From Ylistrum balloti (taxonomy: Eukaryota), in the NCBI RefSeq assembly GCF_031769215.1, contig NW_026783070.1:1-64000 (forward strand): a DNA stretch of 64,000 bases, read 5' to 3'. A model generated the notes under the pieces. It did not search any database and was not told where the DNA came from. It saw nothing but the letters and a program-made list of their open reading frames with translations. Position 1 is the stretch's first letter. The number at the start of each line of letters is the position of its first letter. Made by a program: the position numbers and the translations under genes. Shown here one piece after another: positions 48,266 to 62,100 of the stretch.

Positions 48266-49972
48266 TTATGAACATTTCCAGATCATGATTGCCATATTTC
48301 CTCCAAAGAACATATATAATAAGTTCTTTACTTCATGTGTGATTTCAAATCCATAACCTTCTCCTACTATTGCATGCCATGATGCTCCAAATTTTTTATC
48401 CATCGTCTCTTTAATCATTCTTGCAGCAGTCTGGAAAAAAAGGGGAAATATATATATATATGTATGTGACTTTTGGTTGGCATGCTTGTATGATGAAATA
48501 ATAAAGAAAACAATTCTATAATTTTTAACATACTATGAACTACCTGTTCATGGGCAATAGTTAAAAACTGGGCCCAAATTTATCATCAAACCAAAACCAT
48601 GGTGGCAAATTAAAATTCTGAAATGTATCTATAATGAGAAACTCTATGTATATGGTCTTGGAAGAGAAGGAGATAATATAAATTCCTATCAGTTGCATGT
48701 ATTTTCTGAAATTGTTTTGTTAAAATTGGATAACTGAGAAAAACAATCATCGATCCAAAGAAAAACAATCAGTCTGAAGTTTAATACATCAGTTATTCTA
48801 TCAATGAAATACACATTGTTTCATGCTTTTGTTAATATGACACTAACCTCATTATTACTGGAAAACTTTTCACAAGCTGTCACACATAATTCCATGGCTT
48901 CTGTCTTCATCTCATCATTCATGTCTGAATGCTGAAATCAGAAAACAATAATCACAATAATCATATTATACTACCACACTTATCAACCATTTCTGTGATT
49001 TCTAATTTAGAAACATTCTTGGGCCAGGGGTATTTTGAGGCAGGGTCTCCTTTTCGTGGTTGGTGGCTACCTCACTGAACAACATTTGAGATGCTTGTCA
49101 CATGACATTCAGAACAATTTGAATAAAGTAGCCTTCCCAAGAAGTAATAGATGATGTCAGGTTTTGCATCAGCAACATACAATTTTATAATTTGATAAAT
49201 GTCATCCTTAGAAATATCATTAAAATTTTCAAACAGCATCTCTAAAATTATTCTTTTTAAGAATCAAGTATTTATCATATATCATACTGGATATTATAAT
49301 CTATAGCAAAGTTATCATAATTATGAAAGTAAGCGTGTGCCATATACACAAATAGAATACATGATTTTGATGTAACACAACCTAAAAAAGGATTTCTCTT
49401 GAAAGGTATGTATAGTCAGATCAACAGTTATATTCTCTTTCTTTCACTTGTATCCCTGTACTTTTAACATCCAGGAGACAGACACAATCATATTCATACT
49501 CAAATTCCTTTATCCAAATGCATCAATAGGAGCAAATGAACAGCTTAATTTGGGAAATGACACTATGTGATATGATCATCACGTTGCACAGTCTGAATAT
49601 ATGTCTGAGCGTTTACTCATTTAATAAACCTGTGGCAAAACAATAATGAACATCAGATCTACTGGTCGCGAAGGTCTACTAATCGTAGGTGAATATTGCT
49701 ATGTAAGTATTTATGGAATTCTTGCGCTGAAATGTCAAAGTAAAAGTCGATACACAGCTGAAAAGGATATAACTTACACTCAGCAGGGGGAAACTGGGTT
49801 TAGTGTCTATGCCTAAGGCATGGAAACATATATTAACGCATGTATACAGTTGACAACAAAGAACGTAAAATACGTTCAACTCGTGATTGCTTCATATATT
49901 TACCCTGATAAGTGGATAGGTATGGACACGTTTAGAATCAGGCTCCTTCTTTTCTTCGACAGCCTCTGCCAT
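48266..49972 (-). CDS. DNAL4: Dynein axonemal light chain 4, 105 aa, 3 exons
   Basis: Exons 49972-49904, 48931-48848, 48430-48266: MAEAVEEKKEPDSKRVHTYPLIR/HSDMNDEMKTEAMELCVTACEKFSSNNE/TAARMIKETMDKKFGASWHAIVGEGYGFEITHEVKNLLYMFFGGNMAIMIWKCS. Confidence 0.96.
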
Positions 49973-50197
49973 ACTGAATGTTTCAGCTTTCTTTCGGTTA
50001 ACCTGTCAAAAAGATCTCAAATGCTGGCAATGAAGCTATGCAATGGTGGTTACCAAGCACTACTGCGCATGCGCATATTGTAAAAGAATTTATTTCCGTT
50101 TCCTGTTGCAAGCACATGTGTTTGTTTACAGTTTGCTTATCCTCAGCTGTTAATTTATGGAAAATATTGAGTTGATATTCATTTTTTTCTCTCTATC
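49973..50197. promoter_or_regulatory. Putative bidirectional promoter DNAL4/TELO2
   Basis: Start codons 225 bp apart; NRF1-type palindrome TGCGCATGCGCA at 50064-50075; forkhead-type TGTTTAC at 50123-50129. Confidence 0.6.
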
Positions 50198-53100
50198 ATG
50201 TCAGACATCAAAACAGAAGTAAGAAGATTTTGCAGGCTGTCAGAGAATACCATCAGTAATCCAAAAGGGGAACACGAGTTACTGCAAGCATTGAAAAATC
50301 TAAACTGTCTGGCCCTGGACTTCGATGTGATTGCTAATGACGAATTATTTCAGTTCAATGACATCTCCGCCGCTAAACGTGTTTTTCGACAAACATTTTA
50401 CTGTCATACCGGATTGTTTCTTCTGGATAAATTGTCTGTAGATTGGATAAGAGTGTATTTAAAAAATGAAGCCATAAAACAGAACTTCGATGATTACTTT
50501 CTGAAGGCGGACAACCCTGGGACATTTATCGTCCTGTCCAAGTGTTTAACGGATTCGAGGTAGTCATGTAAATATAGTTCCTTATAGTTAATTTTCAATA
50601 CAGAAACATCCTAACCCCTGTTCACCAGACTCGTTGGAATGTTTGATTCCAGAGTAGTGTTAGAGGTCCTGGGTTTGTTTCCATTTGGAGGTATTGAAAT
50701 AAAGAATAACATCTGTTATCTTGGCATTGCATAAGGAATGATACTAAGCATTACTTTCACAAGCATCGCTGCAACTCCATAAAACTTGATGATGAGTATT
50801 TATCGGAAGGGGAAGTATATAACCGTGGTAGAAACTAGCTAAAAGATACTACCTGGCTAGAGAGATTTTCTCTTTAGCTTAAAGGGTTGAGTATAAGATA
50901 AGTGAACCAGAGGTCATCGGTTTAAATCCTAGTTGAGGCAATGACATTTATAATGATTTTGGTAAAATATAAGCTGGAATAGCTAAAGAACCTGGGTTGT
51001 GGTGACCTTACAATTTTTGTTTGGACACTTGTGAAGCATATATATGGATAGGAGGAAATGTTGACATGTCACTTTACTGACTTTGTCTGATTGGAACTTC
51101 CCTTTATGTCAGTGTTAGGACATGTACTTTCAAGACCCTTATTCAAGCCTTATGATGGGAAACTCATTTTCTGTGATTCTTTCCAGTTATAAAGTTCTTG
51201 TCAAAATATGTTCATTACCCCTGCCAAATTACAGATTTAATGATATTGACCTCTCCAAATGTATAGCCAGCTAAACAGCTTGAAGGAAGCCAGGATTATT
51301 GTTGTCTTTAGGATTGAGGACATGTGAAGGAGGGAGTAGTATAACAATTTTGAACATTAGCTGTCTTTCTAAGCCTTTTTGAAGTTTGACATTTAAAGTT
51401 TGTGATCTCCAATCCTCAAACACTATGTGTTCATGACAAGGATTCTAGATGTTCATGGCACATTTTGGTCTGTTGTTCAGGTTGGCTGCCAACAGCCATT
51501 TTGGAATTGCATATTTGATGCTTTTGACAACTATATTTATCAAGAAATATAAATGAATATTTTTAGATATCAAAGCAAGGTCAGCATGAATTCTTGGGAA
51601 GGAATAAGCATGTCGTACATGGACATTGTCCAGATACTCCAGATAGCGAAAAGTGGCTATTTTAATTTTGATATTTTAAGTTTATTACTGCTATTTCCCC
51701 AGAACTACTGACAGTCCTCTCGCCCCACTGAAAATATATGTTTTAGTCAGAAACTATACTTTAAGACTGAACAGAAGACCAAAAGGTTTTTCAGGCAACA
51801 GAGCTTTAAGTTTAAATTATCAAACTTGTTACCATGTATGCTCACATGTAATTCACTATAAAAGCATAGTCAATACGTCAGACGAATGAGAAAAAATAAA
51901 AGAGAAAAGTTGGAACTTGTATAACTCTGATGAGGATCATACCATGGTTCATAAGGGCCTCTTGAGATCTCCTTTATTGGGCATTATTCTGTTTGCTATC
52001 AATTGGTGACAATATAAAAAAGGTGAAGGGAGATAAATACAATGCTAGCAGTTTAAAATCACATTGAAATATATGTATTATTCTTTTGATGATGATGCTA
52101 ATGTTCATCTTATCGAAGGGTGATAAAAATGTATTTACAAAAGTCTTTTCCAGATACATGTAGATTTTTCCATTTTTTATAGGCCTGTGATATATTTGTG
52201 TATAAAACAAATGGAAATTTTAACTGATATTTGTCTAATTGATAATTTTACTGACACAGTGCTGGAGTGAAGCAAAACAAGTGTGTGAAGCTGCTGGAAG
52301 GTTTACTGCAGAAAAGATGTCTTGATCGGGTGATGGTGGAGTACTGTAAGGGAATCATCCAATCAGATGAGCAGTTCATTGTAGATGAATTCATAGCAGC
52401 TCTAGTATCATTCCCTGATAAAGCAGCAAATGTTCTACAGACTCAGAACAGGTAACAACAGTTATGACAATTAAGGTGAAAGCATTTGTCAACGATAATT
52501 TAGGAAGAACATATACAGAAATATCTATTGAACATCAGTAATTTTACTGTACTGTAGTAAGTATGTAACAGTGACGTGTTCCTACCACAGCAGTGTGTAC
52601 CACTGATAAGACAGACCATCAGTGTTATATACATCAGGTATTGTACTGTGGTCTGTTTGTTACAGTGACATGTTCCTACCTCAGCAGTATATACCACTGA
52701 TAGGAGAGACCATACTTTCCAGTCTGGGACATGCCAGTGACTGCATCAGGAAGGGAAAAGACATCAGTCTACAATTTGCTGGACAGTTGTGTGCTAAGTT
52801 CTCCTTGTCAGGGTTTGCAGGTAAGGTGTATTTCAGTTACATTTTAGATAAAAACTTTTGGAAACTCTGATGTCATTTGAAATTTGTTGAGATGGAAGTA
52901 GGATATTGTAGCATTAAATGTACTAATCAAAGACCCCTTCTTGCTTATTTTTTTTGAGTATTGTTCTTATGTGTCTATTGATATTTAAATAGAGCTGCTG
53001 TGGAAGACATTGATGTTGGTTATGATGCCAGAGGTGCAAAGAGACTTCATATGGAGTCGAGTATGTGAGAGACTTATCACAGGTATTCCAGATCGAGGAT

Positions 53101-56100
53101 TAGATGTTGTACTTAGTACAGTGCTGAGGATAACCCCATGGTATGTTACCACCAAAGTTTGCTATCTTTTTATCCCTACTTCATCTGAACAGAAAAGTTG
53201 TATCTAGACAAAACTTCTACTAATGAGTTGTGTATGATCACAATCAATCAATAGCTCTTGATAAAATTGAGAACTTTGCCATATTCAAGATGGCTACCAT
53301 GGCTGTCATCTTGAAATTGATATCATCACTACTTCCCTATTAAATGAGGGGGCAGGAGGGGTAGAGGTTGGGTTGAGTAGTATTTGTGTGTCCTTAGTGC
53401 AAAACTTGTGTAAAGGAATATGTAGTTCATATTCATGCCATATCATTACACCATATGAACCTGATTAGATTTTGATGGTCATTTTTCAAGGTCAAAGGTC
53501 ATAATTGAACACTTTTCATATTAAAACCTCGTGTACAAGATATCTCATAAACTCCTCAACAGGTTTACTTCTAAATCATTTATTTTTGTGGGGGATTTAT
53601 TTTATGGATTTCATGGGTACCCTTGATCCACCAATTCCTGTTTCCATGCATTTTCAATATTAGTGTTGGATTCATTGAGGTTATTTATCAACAAAATTAA
53701 GTATCCACAAAAAAAGTAAGATTTTGAAAAAACCATGAAAACCGAGCCCAACAAAAATAGATGTTTTTACAGAATTTTGAAAAAGATGAAGATCAGTGTC
53801 TGAGATATAGATGTGAGCACTTAATCACTTTGTTTTTGTAAGACTTTGTTCCATATTCCAGATAGCTATAACCAAGGCTGTCATCCTGAACATATTGTTA
53901 TACATCAGTATGTATAACCTGGGGACAGAAAATTTTACCGAAATTTGACTTTGAGCTTAAAACCTTGAGGAAAGTTCTAAAATAGTCTGGTAAAAACCAG
54001 TATCATAATCCTGTATTTTACAAAGCAGGACAAACTATTTGACACCAGTAGCATCAGTGTGTGTTTTTCATGAAGATGTGTACTCTAGGTACTATAATAT
54101 GTTTCCATCAGTGTTTTTGATGATATATATTGTATAGGTATGGTTTTGTGGACAAATTACTTGGCGACTGTATCCTGGCTAAACACAGAGTTGAATATCT
54201 TATGTGTACCAAGATGTTATTACTACAGTACACAGACAAGGTTAGTACAAACAGTTCTGTAGTGGTATACTACAGTACACAGACAAGGTCAGTACAAACA
54301 GTTCTGTATTGGAATACTACAGTACACAGACAAAGTCAGTACAAACAGTTCTGTAGTGGAATACTACAGTACACAGACAAGGTCAGTACAAATAGTTCTG
54401 TAGTGGAATACTACAGTACACAGACAAGGTCAGTACAAACAGTTCTCTGTTGTATAATATGGCAGTACAAACAAGTTAGGTTTGTTTATTGAGTGATCAG
54501 AAGAAAGTGAGATATTTGGGATAGTTACCAACACTTATATTGACTATTAAACTGTTTTTGAAAACAATATTTCAATTTAAGAAGAGAACCTAGGTTTAGG
54601 AATTATGTAGATCTTCATGCACTTGTTTAAACATATGAAATTGGACATTCAGAAATCATACAAGTGTGACACTTGATAAGAATGTCTTTGTTCCAGTAAA
54701 TAAATCTCCAGTTGAATATTTGATTTTTGTAGGTACTAGTTGTTCACAACATACTTGGTTACCTGGCCAGCTCACACACCAGACACCATTTACTCATCAA
54801 GGTAATCATTTCTGACAAACTAAAACTACTGGTACAACATGATAAATGTTTTATGGAAATTACTTAATGTTGAATGTAAATGCTTAATGATGAATGCTGA
54901 ATGTGAAATGTTTTGATGAAGTAGTCTTATTGGTGATAATCCAGCTGGAATGTCCATAGCTGCCTGTAAGCCTAGAGCAGCTGTAAAGTATTTAGCATCT
55001 CTATCTACATATAGTGTACTAGGACCTATTTCATTAAACATATTCCTTTTTAAGTATTTTGCTTGAAGCGTATTGAATTTTACATAAAACAATTAGCATA
55101 ACACATTTCATATCAAGCCTTAAACTTAGTAATCAGTTATGTCCTAAACAATATAAACCATTGGCAACAACTCTCAACAGTTACAAGTCAATATGACAAC
55201 AAGTAATACTCAAATCATGAAACAATATTTTTGTAGATATCTTTAAGTGAATTACAGAATTTGTCAAGATGTTTTTCACACAAAAAATTCAGAATTTGGC
55301 ATAAAGCGATCCGTATATAGCATTGGAAAAATACATGTGAAGCTGTGTGAAGAGATTAATGTTGTGACAGCAAATTAAGGCAGATTGGTAATTAGTTCAC
55401 ATGCTGAACCATTAGATACAGCTTAGTGAACTTACAATGTTAATGCATCACCCCTGGTTGGAATGTAATGAAATGAGGTCAGGTGAAGTTCAAAGGTCAA
55501 ATAAGTCCCAAATTTTCAGTAAACCATGACCAGGCCACAACTCTTGGGTCATTAAAATGTTTTGATGTATATTGTGAAACTGACTGACATAATCAGCAAG
55601 AGTGGAGCAAAACTCTGACGTAAGGTCAATGTCACAAGGTCAGAGGCTCAAAGGTCAAAGTCGAATTTAGATATTTTGTTACTGAACATTTTGTATGACT
55701 TAAGAAAGCATAGTTGACCTGAGAGTTCCTAATCTGAATGTGTTTATTTCTGTCGTCTATTCATTGACATGATAACAAGTTTTTGTTGGATAATAAATGT
55801 AGACATGGTTTTGTTTACAAAAGCAAATATCTTGCGGTAGTTTAGGTTTGATACTGAAGTCAAATTCATAGCACAATTCAAAGAGTAAAACAATGATATA
55901 GAAATGAAGTTATTCTGTAAATGTTCCTTATGTTTTAAGACACAGAAGTATATTGTCTTTTACAGACGATGAAGGAGCTATTGAGGGTTTGGGGAGATGA
56001 AAGTGCACTGCGCCATACTTCAGGAGAACAGCATTGCTACATCACCAAAGCCCTACTTATCTGCTGTCACCATCTCTCTGAACAGGATGTTCAGAAACAC

Positions 56101-59100
56101 AAAGATGGTAAACAGGGATGAAAATCTTTAATTACTTACCTTGATCTATCACTACAAAATAGAGCCATCAGTTTGCTTCTGACTGCTTTAAGTTCTGTGT
56201 ACCATCAATGACTGGAACAAAATATTGTAGCAGGTATTTCTCCCAGTATGCTGTATCTGAAACAGACTCCATATTCCTCTCCAAATGTTGTTCAGCAAAA
56301 GAAGTTATCACTTATAATGGTAATGGAGGGGGAATTACGACAGTGTCACTGTTATTTGGTGCTTGTTATCAAGGTATAAATTAGATATAGGTGTCAGTAT
56401 CAGTTGGCTGGAATGTGATTACAGAGTTAACTTTCCATATTAACTGGCGGGGATACTTTGTTGTCTATTTCTGAAGTATAGATGGTAGCATTGTGTTTTA
56501 ATTGGTTGATAGAACTGATGCAAATGCTGTTGCCTGGAGTACAGTGCCATCTTGGAATATCTGACCATGACACACGCTGTTTAGGGATGCTTGTGGCCAA
56601 AACGATGACACAAGTGCTTGACCCTAAAGGACCACAATTGGACTATGAGGTAAATGACAAAACATATTGTAGTGCCTTTGTTATTGTGTCAGTCTAAAGC
56701 TAGAATAATTTGTTAATTTAAGGGGTACTGTTAATCAGAGAATCATAGATAAACTTATCACGCAATCACTGACATCACAGACTAGATAAAGATTTCATGG
56801 CTATGACATCACTGACTAGATAAAGATCTCATGGTTATGACATCACTGACTAGATAAAGATCTCATGGTTATGACATCACAGGTCATAACTATCATATAT
56901 CATAATAAGACAGTAGTTTCATCAGGACAGAATTACATTTTAGAATGACTATAAATTATGAAAATTCTCAGTTGTTAAATAACAGCTGTTCAGTAGTGCT
57001 TACCTTTCAGAAGTGAATGTTGTTGATCACTTACATTTTAACAGCTTGATGAAAATGATGAGAATGTGAAGTGCCTTCTGTTAGAGACATCTATACCTGA
57101 GAATCCTGATGTCACATACTGTACAAGGTAAGTCACACTCTGTACTCATTATGTCACACACTGTACAAGGTAAGTCACACTCTGTACTCATTATCTCACA
57201 CACTGTACAAGGTAAATCACACTCTGTACTCTTTATGTCACACACTGTACAAGGTAAGTCACACTCTGTAGTCATTATGTCACACACTGTACAAGGTAAG
57301 TCACACTCTGTACTCATTATGTCACACACTGTACAAGGTAAATCACACTCTGTACTCATTATGTCACACACTGTACAAGGTAAGTCACACTCTGTTCTCA
57401 TAATGGCACACACTGTACAAGGTAAGTCACACTCTGTACTCATTATGTCACACACTGTACAAGGTAAGTCACACTCTGTACTCAGTATGTCACACTCTGT
57501 ACAAGGTAAGTCACACTCTGTACTCAGTATGTCACACATTGTACAAGGTAAGTCACACTCTGTACGTCACACACTGTACAAGGTAAGTCACACTCTGTAC
57601 TCAGAATGATACACACTGTACAAGGTAAGTCACACTCTCTACTTAGAATAGATTGATATTGTACCACCTAAACCACGACTGATATTGCTCACCGTTTCCA
57701 AAACTAGAGAAAATTACAGGAATGACTCTGGAAAACTTATCATGTTAGATATTATTGGCGTTTTTCAGAAACATTGAGAAGACTGATATTTCATCGGCAA
57801 CTACCTCCATGGATAAAGAAACATCTCCTGGCCAGTCTCAACCACCATCTGATCTTGATAGGTAAGTTAATTTTACCTAATGAAATGTAGGTTTATACTG
57901 GAAAGCTAATATATGATAGTAAGATGTATAGTTGTTTTGTTTCTGAAAACTTTACCTTTTTCTTGCAGTGATGATGACTTGGAACCATATGACATGTCAA
58001 ATGATGTTAAGGTCACCAAAGTTAAACGTCCTAAATACCTCAGAGATTGCATGGAAGGTAAGACCACCACAGGTCGATGTCACCAACTAGTTTTGGTTTG
58101 AGATCTTCTTGAGATAGCAGAGAGTTATATATTAAAATTGAGTCATAAACCCAAGTACTTACAGAGTTAGGGCCCCTTTTCAGTTTTAAATTCCAAAGTT
58201 TGTTCCTGAATTTAGTTTTTGTTGGATTCTCTGCAAGATGCTGCTATTAATTGGCTGTTTTTGTAATGTCTGTTTTTGTTCCAAGGTTTGATGTGTGGTG
58301 ACGACCCAGACAGGACAGAAACTTGCCTGGAAGCTGCAGAGGGACTTATACGGGCCTTACCTGATGGTCTTGCTGAGGTAATAAATGAGAATTTAAAGTG
58401 TTATTCTTGCTGAGGTAGAAATAAAGTTGTAGCAGCCAATCTTGTAGGTGATGATGTCACTGGTGTATAGGGGGAATAGATTTGTGTTGTAGGTGATGAT
58501 GTCACTGGTGTATAGGGGGAATAGATTTGTGTTGTAGTGATGTCACTGGTGTAAAGGGGGAATAGATTTGTGTTGAAGGTGATGTCACTGGTGTATAGGG
58601 GTAATAGATTTGTGTTGTAGGTGATGATGTCACTGATGTATATGGGTAATAGATTTGTGTTGTAGGTGATGTCACTGGTGTATAGGGGTAATAGATTTGT
58701 GTTGTAGGTGATGATGTCACTGATGTATATGGGTAATAGATTTGTGTTGTAGGTGATGATGTCACTGATGTATATAGGTAATAGATTTGTATTGTAGGTG
58801 ATGTCACTGGTGTATAGGGGGAATAGATTTGTGTTGTAGGTGATGACGTCACTGGTGTATAGGGGGAATAGATTTGTGTTGTAGGTGATGACGTCACTGG
58901 TGTATAGGGGTAATAGATTTGTGTTGTAGGTGATGACGTCACTGGTGTATAGGGGTAATAGATTTGTGTTGTAGGTGATGATGTCACTGGTGTATAGGGG
59001 TAATAGATTTGTGTTGTAGGTGATGACGTCACTGGTGTATAGGGGGAATAGATTTGTGTTGTAGGTGATGATGTCACTGGTGTATAGGGGTAATAGATTT

Positions 59101-62100
59101 GTGTTGTAGGTGATGTCACTGGTGTATAGGGGTAATAGATTTGTGTTGTAGGTGATGATGTCCCTGGTGTATAGGGGTAATAGATTTGTGTTGTAGGTGA
59201 TGATGTCACTGGTGTATAGGGGTAATAGATTTGTGTTGTAGGTGATGATGTCACTGGTGTATAGGGGTAATAGATTTGTGTTGTAGGTGATGATGTCACT
59301 GGTGTATAGGGGTAATAGATTTGTGTTGTAGGTGATGACGTCACTGGTGTATAGGGGGAATAGATTTGTGTTGTAGGTGATGATGTCACTGGTGTATAGG
59401 GGTAATAGATTTGTGTTGTAGGTGATGTCACTGGTGTATAGGGGTAATAGATTTGTGTTGTAGGTGATGATGTCCCTGGTGTATAGGGGTAATAGATTTG
59501 TATTGTAGGTGATGATGTCACTGGTGTATAGGGGTAATAGATTTGTGTTGTAGGTGATGATGTCACTGGTGTATAGGGGTAATAGATTTGTGTTGTAGGT
59601 GATGATGTCACTGGTGTATAGGGGTAATAGATTTGTGTTGTAGGTGATGACGTCACTGGTGTATAGGGTAATAGATTTGTATTGTAGGTGATGTCACTGG
59701 TGTATAGGGGTAATAGATTTGTGTTGTAGGTGATGATGTCACTGGTGTATAGGGGTAATAGATTTGTGTTGTAGGTGATGACGTCACTGGTGTATAGGGG
59801 TAATAGATTTGTGTTGTAGGTGATGACGTCACTGGTGTATAGGGGTAATAGATTTGTGTTGTAGGTGATGATGTCACTGGTGTATAGGGGTAATAGATTT
59901 GTGTTGTAGGTGATGACGTCACTGGTGTATAGGGTAATAGATTTGTATTGTAGGTGATGTCACTGGTGTATAGGGGTAATAGATTTGTGTTGTAGGTGAT
60001 GATGTCACTGGTGTATAGGGGTAATAGATTTGTGTTGTAGGTGATGACGTCACTGGTGTATAGGGTAATAGATTTGTATTGTAGGTGATGTCACTGGTGT
60101 ATAGGGGTAATAGATTTGTGTTGTAGGTGATGTCACTGGTGTATAGGGGTAATAGATTTGTATTGTAGGTGATGTCACTGGTGTATAGGGGTAATAGATT
60201 TGTGTTGTAGGTGATGACGTCACTGGTGTATAGGGGGAATAGATTTGTGTTGTAGGTGATGACGTCACTGGTGTATAGGGGTAATAGATTTGTGTTGTAG
60301 GTGATGATGTCACTGGTGTATAGGGGTAATAGATTTGTGTTGTAGGTGATGATGTCACTGATGTATATGGGTAATAGATTTGTGTTGTAGGTGATGACGT
60401 CACTGGTGTATAGGGTAATAGATTTGTATTGTAGGTGATGTCACTGATGTATATGGGTAATAGATTTGTGTTGTAGGTGATGATGTCACTGGTGTATAGG
60501 GGGAATAGATTTGTGTTGTAGGTGATGACGTCACTTGTGTATAGGGGTAATAGATTTGTGTTGTAGGTGATGATGTCACTGGTAAGAAATGAATTATGGG
60601 TCTAGATCAATTTTGATGGCTGTAAGGTTTTTGGAGTATTGATAATATTTGCATTCTAATTTCTTGAGCTTTCTTGACACTAGATCATTTTGCTATCTAG
60701 TTTTTGGAGCCCTTTGGCACTTTTTTTATTAACATCCTTTCTTACTCTGAATACCGATCATGTGGTAATTTGTTATCTATTTCAAGGTGTGTGAAGAGTT
60801 TACTAAGATTCTCTTACACCTGTCAGACAAATCGTCCAACCCAAATTTCACCAAACACAGATTTAGTGCTATGGTAGCTCTGGCTGTCAATTCACCTGTT
60901 CAGGTAAGTTTTCATTTAAAATAAAACCAGGTCACACTTATTCAAATTATGAAATTTTAACTAAATTTCACAAACATGTTTTCTAAATATTTCTTATAAA
61001 ACCATTTTCCTAATCTTGATCAATTCAGATCTTGAATCAATTGATGTAGCTAATCTTCTTTCCAGCTGATGTGACTTGACCTAAAATTAAACACTTTTCA
61101 AATAATGATATGAATACCTCCTAAAATATCTATAATGTTTGTACTATAAGAACACAATCAGTGCCTCCTGACAGCTTTCCTTTAATGCATTTGTCAGTCA
61201 TGATCAGAGATTTAGGGTTTATTTTGTTGTATTGCATGCACTTGGATATTTCAGCCGATGACAACACCTTACCTCATCTTATCGGTCATGAAAATTGTTT
61301 TCAATTTTTCATAAATCTAATTTTTATTTCATTTTTATTCAGATTTTATCAATATTTCATTTATCATTTGAAATAATGGTACAATATTTAATTTTTATTT
61401 TCTTTTTCGTCTTTTTCCCATGATTTATGTTTTAATATATTTGTGTTGCAGTGCTCTAAATATCTAACTTATGAATTTTATGAGAGAAACTATAATCTAC
61501 GTCAGCGAATGGATATCTTGGAGGTGAGAGACTTTATACCATACATCAATAGGCCTATACTTTAGATGTAAGGGACACTGTTACTCACATCAGAGAATAA
61601 TATCATAGAGATAGAAACAATGTATCACAGGTTGTGGATATTTTATCGGAGAAAAATGTCTAAATACATTTTCCATAATATTTAATGATGTTGTTATGTA
61701 AATTCTGTAGAAATGATGCACAGATTCTCCAGATAAAGCACAATATTTCATTTGAGCCAATTTTCCAATATCTACAGAAAAAGTTTAAATTCAGATACCG
61801 GGGGTATGTGCTGGATTGCTTGTCTTCACTCTTTTATTGTTGTAATAGTTTCCATGCACTCCGTTTTCAAGCCTATTCAGATAAAGTGCAAGTATATCTT
61901 CATTGATTTAAGGTTTTAGCTGCTGGTGCTCAGGAGTTATCTCAGCCTAACCAGCCTTCTCCTGCACCTTCCTCCAAGGCCGCAGCCCAGACTCCTGCTC
62001 TGTCCTCAACACCCACCCCTGAGGACTGGCATAGCGTTGTACAAAAAAGGATTGAGAGTAAAACCCGACGATTTGTGAAAGGCCCCAGTAGACCTATTCC

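Noticed and set aside
49779-49879. Alternative DNAL4 first exon ending FPLLS|GTAAGT
   Set aside because: No in-frame ATG (the track start is TTG) and read-through from exon 1 hits a stop.
52572-52637. In-frame 66-bp cassette exon in TELO2 intron 2
   Set aside because: It would leave a 28-bp intron before exon 3 (too short), and its end phase is incompatible with mutually exclusive use.
57081-60403. Mucin-like TSSPTTQIYYPYTPV ORFs and Cys-rich CDLPCTVC ORFs
   Set aside because: Translations of intronic minisatellites within TELO2; no signal peptide or unique flanking coding sequence.
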